NCBI GenBank assembly: GCA_964462595.1
Contig: CAYWXM010000060.1
Location: forward strand, 9,029 to 73,028
Direction of reading: 5' to 3'
Length of the DNA: 64,000 bases
From: an uncultured Actinomycetota bacterium
GTDB taxonomy: Bacteria; Actinomycetota; Geothermincolia; Geothermincolales; RBG-13-55-18
The notes below the pieces were generated by a model. The model had not been told where the DNA came from and ran no database searches. It saw nothing but the letters and a program-made list of their open reading frames with translations. The translations under genes and the position numbers were made by a program. Shown in pieces: positions 45,684 through 55,100 of the stretch (position 1 is its first letter; every line of letters begins with the position of its first letter).

Positions 45684-47168
45684 ATGGGAGCTTACCGACA
45701 TTTTCCCATCTTCATGATCACCCTGCCGATACTGGGCGCGGTGCTCCTGCCCTTCCTGGGCTACCTGCGCGAGAAGTGGGTGCCCTGGGCGGCGGCGCTG
45801 CCCCTGACCGCCTCGAGCGTTCTGGGTGTCCTGCTCATCGGAAAGATACCCGCAGACGGGTATCTGAGCTATCGCATGGGAAACTGGGAACCACCCTGGG
45901 GGATAGAGGTGCGCGTGGATTACGTGGGCCTGTTTCTCATGCTCATCGTCTGCGGCATCAGCCTGCTGGCCCTATTCTATTCGCGGCGGTATATCGCCAA
46001 GGAGGTCTCGGGAGGCCGCCTTACGGCCTACTACATCCTCTACCTGCTCATGTCCGGGGCCATGCTCGGGTTCACGGCCACCGGAGACATCTTCAACCTC
46101 TTCGTGTTCATGGAGATACTGGCGATCTCATCCTATGCGCTGGTGGCCATCACCGGCAACCGCAACGCGGTGCGCGCCGCCTTCAAGTACTTGCTCATGG
46201 GGGCGCCCTCTTCGATCATGGTCCTGTTGGCCATTGGTTTTCTCTATTCGGCCACCGGGACGTTGAACATGGCCGACCTCGCGGGACGCATTGCGGAATC
46301 GGGCTACACCGAGGTGCTCATCGTCTCCTACATCCTCTTCGTCATCGGGTTCGGGGTGAAGGCGGCTTTATTTCCCTTGCACATGTGGCTTCCAGATGCC
46401 CATTCCATAGCGCCTTCGCCCATCAGCGCTCTCCTCTCCGGACTGCTGGTCGAGGTGGGAGCATTCGCGATACTGAGGATCAGCTTCTCCGTATTTACCA
46501 CCGGCGCGGAAAACCTCATCGGGGGGACCGTGGACGCGGTGGGCATATTCGCGGCGGCGGCGGTCCTTTATGGGGGGATCATGGCCATCCTGCAGAAGGA
46601 CCTCAAGATGATGATCGCCTATTCCACCGTCAGCCACATAGGCTATATCTTCCTCGGCATCACGGCCATGACCGCCGAGGGCGTAACCGGGGCCATGTAC
46701 CACATGCTCGACCACGGCCTGGCCAAGGCCTGCCTCTTCCTGTGCGCCGGCAGTTTTATCTACATGAAGGGATACCGGCGCATAGAGGACCTCAAGGGAG
46801 CCTGGCGGCAGATGCCCTGGACCTGTTTTGCCTTCTCCCTGGCCGCGATGTCGGTGGTGGGAATACCGCCGACGGCCGGCTTCATCAGCAAATGGTACCT
46901 CATCCTGGGCAATATCGAAGGCGGGAATTACCTGTACGTCGTCATCCTGCTCACGGGCTCTATCCTGGCGGCGGTATATTGCTTCCGGGTCATATACTAC
47001 ATGTTCTTCCAGTCGGGGGAGGAGGGAGCGTGGGAAGGCGAGTTCCGGGACGCCGCACCCTCCATGCTCTGGCCGGTATGGGTTTTGTCCGCGGGCACGC
47101 TGTTCTTCGGCGTGTTCTCTTATCTGTTGATACCATCGCTGCTCAAGGCGGCGGAATATTTATTGTGA
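45684..47168 (+). CDS. mrpD: Mrp antiporter subunit D (NuoN/NuoM-like proton-pumping subunit)
   Basis: Proton_antipo_M domain, conserved WLPDAH motif, 494 aa. Confidence 0.8.
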   Translation: MGAYRHFPIFMITLPILGAVLLPFLGYLREKWVPWAAALPLTASSVLGVLLIGKIPADGYLSYRMGNWEPPWGIEVRVDYVGLFLMLIVCGISLLALFYSRRYIAKEVSGGRLTAYYILYLLMSGAMLGFTATGDIFNLFVFMEILAISSYALVAITGNRNAVRAAFKYLLMGAPSSIMVLLAIGFLYSATGTLNMADLAGRIAESGYTEVLIVSYILFVIGFGVKAALFPLHMWLPDAHSIAPSPISALLSGLLVEVGAFAILRISFSVFTTGAENLIGGTVDAVGIFAAAAVLYGGIMAILQKDLKMMIAYSTVSHIGYIFLGITAMTAEGVTGAMYHMLDHGLAKACLFLCAGSFIYMKGYRRIEDLKGAWRQMPWTCFAFSLAAMSVVGIPPTAGFISKWYLILGNIEGGNYLYVVILLTGSILAAVYCFRVIYYMFFQSGEEGAWEGEFRDAAPSMLWPVWVLSAGTLFFGVFSYLLIPSLLKAAEYLL

Positions 47169-47187
47169 GGAGCAAAGGGGGTAGTCG

Positions 47188-48996
47188 ATGTCGGACTCAA
47201 GCACGTTCTCGGTAATACCGCTGGTAGCTATGCTGCTGCCCTTGGTCTCGCTGCTGGTCATCCTGGCCATGCCCAAGAAGGCGAAACGGCTGCGATTGTG
47301 GCTCTGTTTCCTGAGCACCCTGGCCACCTTTGGGGTGGTGCTGTCCATGCTGCCGGGTATCCTGGACGGAAACACCTATACCATCAAGCTGGCCAGCGTG
47401 GTGGAGGGCCTGGAGATCCGCCTGACCGTGGACACCCTGGGATATTATTTTTCCCTCATCCTTTCCTTCCTCTGGATGCTTTCCACCCTCTATTCCATAT
47501 CGTATATCGACCACAAGGAGAACCGCTTCTTCGCCTTCCTGGCCTTGTGCCTGACCTTTCTTCTCGGGTGCGCCTTCTCGGCTAACATGTTCACCTATTT
47601 CATCTTCTACGAGATGATGACCTTCGGCTCCTACCCCCTGATCATCCACGAGGAGACGGCCATGGCGCGAAGGGCAGGTTACAAGTACCTGGTCTATGCC
47701 ATCGCGGCGGGCACGGTGCTCTTCTTCGCCGTCGTGGCCCATTACTTCTGGGGCGACGGGCAGATGGGCTTCGGGCAGTACGGCGTGCTCAGCCTCGAGC
47801 TGGCCGGCCGCGCCGCCCTTACCGCCATCTTCTTCACCTACCTGGCGGGGTTCGGGGTAAAGGCGGCCATCATGCCCCTGCACGGCTGGGTGCCGGACGC
47901 CCACCCGGCGGCGCCGTCCCCGGCCAGCGCCCTGCTCTCCGGCGTCATCCTCAAGGCAGGCGCTTTCGGTATCATCCGCGTGGTCTTCAACGTATTCGGC
48001 GTGGAACTCATGCGGGAACTGAACGTGTTCATCGTCATGGCCGTGCTGGCCTGCATCACCATCGTGGTGGCCTCGGTTTTCGCCCTTACCCAGGACAACC
48101 TGAAGCGCAGGCTGGCCTATTCCAGCATCGGGCAGGTATCCTATATCATCCTCGGTTTGGCCATGCTCACGCAGGACGGAGCCCTGGGCGGCGTGATGCA
48201 CCTCACCCATCACGCCCTCATGAAGGGCTGCCTCTTCCTCTGCGCCGGGGTGATCCTGGTGAAGACGGGCAAGAAGAACATCAGCGACATGAAGGGCATC
48301 GGCTATAAACTCCCGATAACCATGATCTGTTTCTCGGTGGCCGCACTGGCCATGATGGGCACTCCGCCCTCGGTGGGTTTCATCACCAAGTGGCTGCTGG
48401 GAAGCGGCGCCCTGGAGGGGGGATTGCCGGTTTACGTTATTATTCTGCTGGTCAGCGCCCTGCTGAACGCGGCATATTTCCTGCCCATCATCTATATCGC
48501 TTTCTTCCGCTGGGAGGGTGACGAGGAGGAGGGGCATGGGGAGGGGCACCGCCCCAAGCTCGTGTTCGGCAAGGAGGCAGACCACCCCTTGATCGTTCCG
48601 CTGGTCATCCTGTCCTCCATGGTTATTATCGTGGGCATATGGGTGAACGTCCCGGGATTCCCGTACTCTTTCGCCAGCCCGGTGGTCGAGGACATATACG
48701 GCAGCGAGGTCTCCGGCCACGTTTACCTGGATGAAAACGACAACGGCATATACGACGAGGGCGAGCCGGGAGCGGAAGGAGCCGTAGTCGATCTGTTGCT
48801 GCAGGGCGAGGTGATCGAGACCGCGAGCACCGACGCCGCGGGCCTGTACGAATTCGAGCGCGTGGCGGAAGGGACCTACGAGATCGAGCTGGACGAGGAA
48901 GGCATGTCCGTCGTCGGCTCCACCCTGATCAGGGGGGTGAGGGTAACAATCGAAGAGGACTTGGTGGTGGAGAAGCCCTTCCTGGTCCAGCCCTGA
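47188..48996 (+). CDS. second MrpD/NuoL-like antiporter subunit with C-terminal SdrD-B/Cna-B-like domain
   Basis: Proton_antipo_M core (GWVPDAHPAAPSPASALLSG) plus C-terminal ~90 aa VYLDENDNGIYDEGEPGAEGAVVDLL...TDAAGLYEF...GTYEIEL matching SdrD B-like repeat pattern. Confidence 0.75.
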   Translation: MSDSSTFSVIPLVAMLLPLVSLLVILAMPKKAKRLRLWLCFLSTLATFGVVLSMLPGILDGNTYTIKLASVVEGLEIRLTVDTLGYYFSLILSFLWMLSTLYSISYIDHKENRFFAFLALCLTFLLGCAFSANMFTYFIFYEMMTFGSYPLIIHEETAMARRAGYKYLVYAIAAGTVLFFAVVAHYFWGDGQMGFGQYGVLSLELAGRAALTAIFFTYLAGFGVKAAIMPLHGWVPDAHPAAPSPASALLSGVILKAGAFGIIRVVFNVFGVELMRELNVFIVMAVLACITIVVASVFALTQDNLKRRLAYSSIGQVSYIILGLAMLTQDGALGGVMHLTHHALMKGCLFLCAGVILVKTGKKNISDMKGIGYKLPITMICFSVAALAMMGTPPSVGFITKWLLGSGALEGGLPVYVIILLVSALLNAAYFLPIIYIAFFRWEGDEEEGHGEGHRPKLVFGKEADHPLIVPLVILSSMVIIVGIWVNVPGFPYSFASPVVEDIYGSEVSGHVYLDENDNGIYDEGEPGAEGAVVDLLLQGEVIETASTDAAGLYEFERVAEGTYEIELDEEGMSVVGSTLIRGVRVTIEEDLVVEKPFLVQP

Positions 48997-49014
48997 CACG
49001 ATGAGGTATAGAGG

Positions 49015-51156
49015 TTGCACGAGACCAAGGTAGCGATATTCGCATATTCCATCCTGCCTGTGCTGGCGATGGCGTTTCCCATCGCCGGTGCGGCGCTGGC
49101 GGCGGCGGCGGGCGAGAAAAGGGCGCGCCTGCGTAACTGGGCCGCGGTGGCCTCGACCGCAGCTACCATGCTCATGGCGGTCCTCATCCTGACCAGGGTG
49201 CTCTCAGACGGTCCGCTTTATTTCAACCTGGACATCATGCGCATCGGCGAGAGTTACGTGTGCAACCTGGAAGTGGACGCCATGGGCGCGTTCTTCGTAT
49301 TCTTCTCCTCCGTGCTGTGGTTCGCCGCTTCCATGCACGCCTTCCGCTACATGGAACACGAGCACAAGCGCACCCGCTTCTTCTTCTTCATGCTGCTCAC
49401 CGAGGCCGCCACCCTGGGCGTGTTCATGGTGCAGGACTTCTTCAGCCTCTACCTGTTCTTCGAGGCCATGGGCCTTCTCGCCTACGTGCTGGTAGTCCAC
49501 TCGGAGACGGACAAGGCGCGCTCGGCGGCGGCGAAATACATATGCATGACCGTGGTGGGAGGCCTGAGCCTCATCGGAGGCATCTTCTTTTACCTGGGCG
49601 GGTCGGGAACGGTGGCCTTCAAGCCCCTGGCGGACAGCGCATGGCTGGGCGGCCCTTTCAGGATCGCTGCCCTTGTTTTCCTCATCGCCGGGTTCGGGGT
49701 CAAGGCCGGAATGCTGCCGCTGCATATATGGCTTCCAGACGCTCATCCCGCGGCGCCATCTCCCGCCAGCGCCCTGCTTTCCGGGGTGATGATCAAGGCG
49801 GGCGCGTACGGTATCCTGCGCACGGCGCTCACCTTTTTCCAGCAGCCGGCCGCGCACGGCACCGAGGTGGTCAGCGGTGGGCACGCCGCGGAGGGAGCGG
49901 CACATATGGCCACCGGCCTGGCGGCCGACATGCGCATGCTGGGGTTCGCCATCATCTGGATAGCGGTGGCCACCATGTTCGTGGGCATGCTCCTGGCCCT
50001 GGTGCAGAACGATATCAAGCGCACCCTGGCTTACTCCAGCGTAAGCCAGATGGGGTACATCCTCTTCGGCATCGGTTGTATGACCTATCTCGGCGCGGAA
50101 GGGGCCATGGGCATGGGAGGGAGTCTCTATCACATCATCAACCACGCCTTCTTCAAGGGGTGCTTCTTCCTCGCCGCCGGGTCCGTCCTCTTCTGCGCCC
50201 ACGAGCTGGACATGTTCAAACTGGGCGGCCTGTGGAGACGTATGCCCCTGACCACGCTTTTCTGGTGCATCGCCGCCCTGGGTATCATGGGCATACCCCT
50301 GTGGGGCGGCTTCGTATCCAAGACGCTACTGCATCATGCCGTGGTTGAGTCGCACGAATTCGCCCTGCACGCCCAGCTGGCCACCGCGGGCTGGGTTAAA
50401 GCGGCGGAGATGATCTTCATCATCACCAGCGGCGGGACCATCGGCTATATCACCAAGATGACCTATTACACTTTTTTCCGCCGCCCCGATGTGGAACACG
50501 TCCATCACCTAGAGCACGTTAAGGAGGCGCCGGCCTGGATGCTCGCGGGAACGGGGCTGCTGGCCGCCGGCGTGTTTTTCAACGGCCTCTTCCCGGGCGT
50601 GCTCCTGAGCAAGCTGGTCGGACCCACCGTACAGACGGTGCCGGGCTTCGATGCCCACATGGCGGCCCATGTGTCCGAGGTACCCATATTTATCTGGGCG
50701 AACGTGAAAGAGGTCCTGATACCCCTGGCCATAGGCATAAGCGTGTTCGTTCTCGGCGCCTGGCCCGATCTCTTGCGGAGGAAAAGATACGGGCCTGACC
50801 TGTTCCACATCCGGCTGCCACGCTGGCTGGGTGTCGATTACTGGTACGTGCACGGCGCGAAAGGATCTCTGGCCATGCTCTTCGCAGGGCAAAGGACCTA
50901 TGCACCCATCAAGCTGCGCGTGATAGCTATACTTAGAAGTGGAGCACAAGGCACGGCACACATGGTAAGGGACGTGATCGCGCCAGCCCTCACGGAGCGG
51001 CCTTATACGCGGGTAAGGGACGGCGTGTTGAGGCTGGTGGACCATTCCTCGGAGCGGTTGATGCCGAAGGTAAGGGAATACCAGGGCGATATCGCGGTGG
51101 GGGCCCTGGTCCTCGCGGTCTCACTGACCATCTTCCTGATCATGAGGCTCCTGTGA
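49015..51156 (+). CDS. mrpA: MrpA/NuoL-like antiporter subunit (TTG start)
   Basis: Proton_antipo_M core (WLPDAHPAAPSPASALLSG), 713 aa. Confidence 0.75.
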   Translation: MHETKVAIFAYSILPVLAMAFPIAGAALAAAAGEKRARLRNWAAVASTAATMLMAVLILTRVLSDGPLYFNLDIMRIGESYVCNLEVDAMGAFFVFFSSVLWFAASMHAFRYMEHEHKRTRFFFFMLLTEAATLGVFMVQDFFSLYLFFEAMGLLAYVLVVHSETDKARSAAAKYICMTVVGGLSLIGGIFFYLGGSGTVAFKPLADSAWLGGPFRIAALVFLIAGFGVKAGMLPLHIWLPDAHPAAPSPASALLSGVMIKAGAYGILRTALTFFQQPAAHGTEVVSGGHAAEGAAHMATGLAADMRMLGFAIIWIAVATMFVGMLLALVQNDIKRTLAYSSVSQMGYILFGIGCMTYLGAEGAMGMGGSLYHIINHAFFKGCFFLAAGSVLFCAHELDMFKLGGLWRRMPLTTLFWCIAALGIMGIPLWGGFVSKTLLHHAVVESHEFALHAQLATAGWVKAAEMIFIITSGGTIGYITKMTYYTFFRRPDVEHVHHLEHVKEAPAWMLAGTGLLAAGVFFNGLFPGVLLSKLVGPTVQTVPGFDAHMAAHVSEVPIFIWANVKEVLIPLAIGISVFVLGAWPDLLRRKRYGPDLFHIRLPRWLGVDYWYVHGAKGSLAMLFAGQRTYAPIKLRVIAILRSGAQGTAHMVRDVIAPALTERPYTRVRDGVLRLVDHSSERLMPKVREYQGDIAVGALVLAVSLTIFLIMRLL

Positions 51157-51241
51157 TCCGGGATGGCGGCTTGATGATAAGAATGAAAGAGCTTACAGAG
51201 GCGATGTGCGTTAAAGAATATGCCTGAAGGTTGAGAGGGGT

Positions 51242-51712
51242 ATGTACGTGTCTTTCATGGCGGGAGCCGGCAGCAGGACGTTGCTGCACACGATCGCTGT
51301 ACACCTCGCGGCGGCTGCGAACGGCACATTCGCGCGGGATTTCTTCGCAATCCTGGTGGCGGCGCTGGCCGGGGTGGCGGTACTGGTCTATGCGGCAGCA
51401 TCCGGCCTCTTCGAGCTGAAGCTCTTCAAATTCGATCCATATTCCCTCAAGCTGCCCAGGGAGTCGAAGGTGGAATACTGGTACACGCGGGCGGCAAAGA
51501 GCTTCGAATCCTTCCTTGCCAGCGGGGGGTGGAGCTATGCCAAGGCAAAGAAACAGGCCAGGGTCAGGATGAAGCGGGACTGGAGGAACATGCGCAAGCA
51601 GACCCGTGTAGTCCTGCCCGAGGCCGTGAAGAAGCTGAACCGCGATATCGCCCTGGGGGCATTGGCGATCGCCATCGTGCTGGTTGCCCTGATCGTGGTC
51701 AGCCTGCTTTAG
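51242..51712 (+). CDS. hypothetical membrane protein (2 N-terminal TM, basic middle, C-terminal TM)
   Basis: ORF with hydrophobic segments, co-directional and tightly spaced after mrpA-like gene; no recognisable family. Confidence 0.4.
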   Translation: MYVSFMAGAGSRTLLHTIAVHLAAAANGTFARDFFAILVAALAGVAVLVYAAASGLFELKLFKFDPYSLKLPRESKVEYWYTRAAKSFESFLASGGWSYAKAKKQARVRMKRDWRNMRKQTRVVLPEAVKKLNRDIALGALAIAIVLVALIVVSLL

Positions 51713-51766
51713 TTTGCCGTTCATACTGGCCTGGCGTGTTTAGCCGGAGTTCAAAGACAGGGGGAG

Positions 51767-52006
51767 ATGATGAAAAAAGCGCTTACTCTTTTTGTGTTCG
51801 TCGCGGCCGTGCTATTGTTAGTGGGAAATATCGCTCCTGCTTCAGCCCAGGAGGAGGGCGATACGGGGGATGGGGGAAGCAGCGGGCTGCGCCTGGTTGT
51901 CATCATCGCCGCCATCTGGCTGGTCATCATGGCCGCCGTTGTCACGGTAGTCATGATCACCAGGAGGAAATCGGGAGAGGAAGATCGGGAAAGTCGCGAG
52001 GTATAG
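51767..52006 (+). CDS. hypothetical small secreted/membrane protein (signal peptide + C-terminal TM)
   Basis: MMKKALTLFVFVAAVLLLVGNIAPASA signal-like N-terminus, acidic stretch, C-terminal TM. Confidence 0.35.
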   Translation: MMKKALTLFVFVAAVLLLVGNIAPASAQEEGDTGDGGSSGLRLVVIIAAIWLVIMAAVVTVVMITRRKSGEEDRESREV

Positions 52007-52042
52007 AAGTAAGGCATGGCCGGAAAGAAAGGGTGATATTGC

Positions 52043-52492
52043 ATGGATGAGAAGCTGAACACGACATCGCGGTGGCTGCTGGCCCTGGCTGTCATCCTCA
52101 TACCGTTGACGGCGATAGCGCTCGTCTCGGGTGCTTGGGGAGTGAACTACCAGTTCGATACGAACCAATGGATACGTTACCTTATTTTCGCCTCCTGGAT
52201 ACTGCTGGCGATTTCCGCGGTAACGGGGATTGCTAACCTCATCAATCCGCCCGAGCTGGAGTCGGAGAAAGCGGTGACGCCCGCGCCAGCTGGTGGATCG
52301 CTGGAGGTAGAGGACGACGAGGACGGGGAGGATACGAGCAGCACCGACAAGGAAAAGGTGAAGCCGGCTTTCAACGCCGCTTATGCTTTCACGCTGGCAC
52401 AGGCATGTTCTTTCGCGTTGGGCTTGATACTCTACGTGGCCTACATGTCCTGGATGATTCTCGGGCTGCAGGCATATCCCACGGGGTTTTAG
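52043..52492 (+). CDS. hypothetical membrane protein (4 TM with acidic loop)
   Basis: ORF with four hydrophobic helices; 36-nt gap from previous ORF. Confidence 0.4.
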   Translation: MDEKLNTTSRWLLALAVILIPLTAIALVSGAWGVNYQFDTNQWIRYLIFASWILLAISAVTGIANLINPPELESEKAVTPAPAGGSLEVEDDEDGEDTSSTDKEKVKPAFNAAYAFTLAQACSFALGLILYVAYMSWMILGLQAYPTGF

Positions 52493-52504
52493 AGATAACC
52501 GGGC

Positions 52505-53236
52505 ATGGGGGAATACCTGCGCCGTTTTTATCGCGATAACGTGGATGCTGAGGGCTTAATATCCTTCCGCGTAGTACGGAGAGAGAGCGACCTGAACATT
52601 TTCGCGGAGCGCGACCTCGCCGCCGAGGCGCGCTCTTCGCTTGCGAGCCACCGCACGGACCTCGAGGAATTCATCTCTCGCCAGCCACGCTTCCGCACCG
52701 CCCGCGGTCCCCATGAAGTGCCCACGGACTCGCCGCCGGTTGTGAGGCTCATGGCGGATGCGGCGGCCAGGGCGGGAGTCGGCCCCATGGCCGCTGTCGC
52801 GGGAGCTATAGCTGACATGGTGGGAAAAGACCTCCAGCCCCTGTCCCCGGAGATCATAGTGGAGAACGGGGGGGATATATTCATCCGCTCGGAGCGCGAG
52901 AGGCACGTGGGTATCTTCGCCGGGAAATCGCCGCTGAGCGGGCGCGTGGCGCTGAAGGTCCCCGCCACCCCCTCCCGAGGGCTTGGCGTATGCACTTCCT
53001 CCGCGACGGTTGGCCCGTCCTACAGCGCGGGGAGGGCGGATTCGGCGCTGGTGGTGGCGGAAAGCGCCGCCCTGGCGGACGCCGCTGCTACCGTTCTCGG
53101 TAACCGAGCCAAGACGGAAGGGCATATCGAGGAGGCCCTGGGCGCCGCCGCCGCGATCGATGGGGTAGTGGGCTGCCTGGTGATAATCGGCGACCGCCTG
53201 GGGGTGCGGGGCGACGTGGAACTGGAGAAGACCTAG
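52505..53236 (+). CDS. UPF0280 family protein (ApbE-like fold, function unknown)
   Basis: 243 aa; resemblance to archaeal UPF0280 family (ApbE-like superfamily); 12-nt gap from previous ORF. Confidence 0.5.
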   Translation: MGEYLRRFYRDNVDAEGLISFRVVRRESDLNIFAERDLAAEARSSLASHRTDLEEFISRQPRFRTARGPHEVPTDSPPVVRLMADAAARAGVGPMAAVAGAIADMVGKDLQPLSPEIIVENGGDIFIRSERERHVGIFAGKSPLSGRVALKVPATPSRGLGVCTSSATVGPSYSAGRADSALVVAESAALADAAATVLGNRAKTEGHIEEALGAAAAIDGVVGCLVIIGDRLGVRGDVELEKT

Positions 53237-53269
53237 CCCCGCTTTCGCATACGCGGGCGCACTATCGCC

Positions 53270-53363
53270 ACGTATACGTGCCAGGCCAGGCCTGGCTTCG
53301 CCAGGACTGGCGCTGGACACTGTTGCGCCGCCCTGCGAGCGGCGCAATCGCTTACGCGATGCA
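53270..53363 (+). repeat. copy B of intergenic repeat family
   Basis: ACGTATACGTGCCAGGCC ... GCCGC-loop-GCGGC ... TCGCTTACGCGATGCA. Confidence 0.6.
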
Positions 53364-53377
53364 TTCCTGTCGTGACC

Positions 53378-53770
53378 TTAGTCTTGAGAGAGAAGGGAGG
53401 ATACCGTTTCGAGCAGTTCGTCGGGGTCGGCCGGTTTCTCGAGATAGGCTGCATACCCCATTTCCTTGCCCGTCTCCAGCTGATAGCGACGCCTGCTTAC
53501 TTCCTCCCGCACCGAGGTGAGCACGATAACCGGCATCTTTGACCAGCGCTCGTATGCCGGTTCCTGCAGCGTGTTGAATACGGCAAAGCCGTCCACCCTG
53601 GGCATCAAGAGGTCCAGGACCACCAACTCCGGGTCTTCCGACCGTATTTTTTCCAGCGCCTCGGCCCCGTCCCTGGCGGTGACTATATCGTACCCCTCGT
53701 CCTCGAGAAGAATGGAAAGCACCTCGATAACGTCGGGATCGTCGTCGGCGAGCAATATCCTGCTACCCAT
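53378..53770 (-). CDS. single-domain response regulator (CheY-like receiver)
   Basis: LLADDDPDV, phospho-acceptor D in VVLDLLMP, T and K positions conserved. Confidence 0.8.
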   Translation of the reverse strand: MGSRILLADDDPDVIEVLSILLEDEGYDIVTARDGAEALEKIRSEDPELVVLDLLMPRVDGFAVFNTLQEPAYERWSKMPVIVLTSVREEVSRRRYQLETGKEMGYAAYLEKPADPDELLETVSSLLSQD

Positions 53771-55100
53771 GATCTACCTCCAGTTTTTCTTCATCTGTTC
53801 CGTTTTGCTCGACGATGATGCCAAGGCTCGTGCCGTGGTCTTCCTCAAGCATCCATCGCTCTTCGAGCAGGCATACGACCCCTACGGGGATGGAAAAGGT
53901 AACCCTCGTGCCGATGCCGGTCTCGGGTACGGGACTCTTCAAGTGGATTTCTCCATGGTGCATATCCACGATCCGTTTGCATATCGACAGCCCCAGCCCG
54001 GTCCCCTCCGGTGATTCGGGGTCGCCTTTGTAGAACTCCTCGAAGACGTGGGGTATATGCTCCGGTGCAACCCCGCTGCCGCTGTCCTCCACGCTCACCG
54101 TGACCGCATCGTCCACGCGCATTGCGCGGATGGTTATCCGCCCGCCGCGCGGGGTGTGGCGTACCGAGTTGGAGACCAGGTTGAGGATCAACTGCTGCAG
54201 GCGTATCTCGGAGGCGAATGCCTCCGGCAGGGGGCGGTGGATCTCCGTGGTGACCGTGATGCCCTCGGGCGCGGCAAGCTCATGCGCCATCTCCACCGCG
54301 GCCCCCAGCACCTCCTCCCACGATACGGCCTTGAGCTCCGTCATGACCTGCCTGCTCTCCAGGCGTGACAGCTCCAGCAGGTCGCTTATGAGTTCCATCA
54401 TCCCGTCCATGCGCTCGATGCTGCGGCGTATCCCGTTGACCATGCGCTCGTCGAGGCAATCCGTGCCCTTGCGCAGCAGAAGCTTGAGGTATCCCTGTAC
54501 CGCCACCAGGGGTGACTTGAGGTCGTGGGTGACCATAGAGAGAAAACTCAGAAAATGGCGGCGTTCGTCCCTTATGCGCTCCAGGTCGCGCCTGGCCTGC
54601 TCCGCATCCCTTTCCAGGCGCTCGCGCGATTCCGCGCTTTGCAGGAGATTGCCACCCAGTTCCGCTATCGACTCCAGGAAATTCAGGTCCTCCCGGTCGA
54701 AGCTCATGGCCTCCGAGAAATAGAGGCGCATGACGCCGCGCACCTGGTCGCGGTCCCTGAAGGGGAGGAAGACGATGGAGGCCACGCCCTCCCGGCGCAG
54801 TTCCTCCCGGTTGATAATGCGGGGGTCTCCAGCCACGTCCCAGACGAAGAGGGTGGTCCCCTTCAGAACCTGCTTCAATGCATCGTCCGCCAGGATCTGA
54901 ACTTCCTGCAGCATGTCCTCCTCGACGCCATAGCTGATGCGCGGCAGTAGCCTCCTGCCGTCGTCAGAGAGGGTGAGCAGCGTGCAGGCCCTGGCCTCCA
55001 TGCCCCTGGCCGTCGCCTCCACCAGCGCCCTGATGATGCTGTCCGCTCCGCCGGCCGCGGTGATGGAAAGGGCTATCTCGCGTATGATACCGTGTCGCAA
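53763..55100 (-). CDS. GAF-domain sensor histidine kinase
   Basis: N-terminal GAF, H-box SMVTHDLKSPL, N/G1/F/G2 boxes (LVSNSVRHT, DSGSGV, GTGLGLSI); overlaps response regulator start by 8 nt. Confidence 0.8.
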   Translation of the reverse strand: MRHGIIREIALSITAAGGADSIIRALVEATARGMEARACTLLTLSDDGRRLLPRISYGVEEDMLQEVQILADDALKQVLKGTTLFVWDVAGDPRIINREELRREGVASIVFLPFRDRDQVRGVMRLYFSEAMSFDREDLNFLESIAELGGNLLQSAESRERLERDAEQARRDLERIRDERRHFLSFLSMVTHDLKSPLVAVQGYLKLLLRKGTDCLDERMVNGIRRSIERMDGMMELISDLLELSRLESRQVMTELKAVSWEEVLGAAVEMAHELAAPEGITVTTEIHRPLPEAFASEIRLQQLILNLVSNSVRHTPRGGRITIRAMRVDDAVTVSVEDSGSGVAPEHIPHVFEEFYKGDPESPEGTGLGLSICKRIVDMHHGEIHLKSPVPETGIGTRVTFSIPVGVVCLLEERWMLEEDHGTSLGIIVEQNGTDEEKLEVDHG

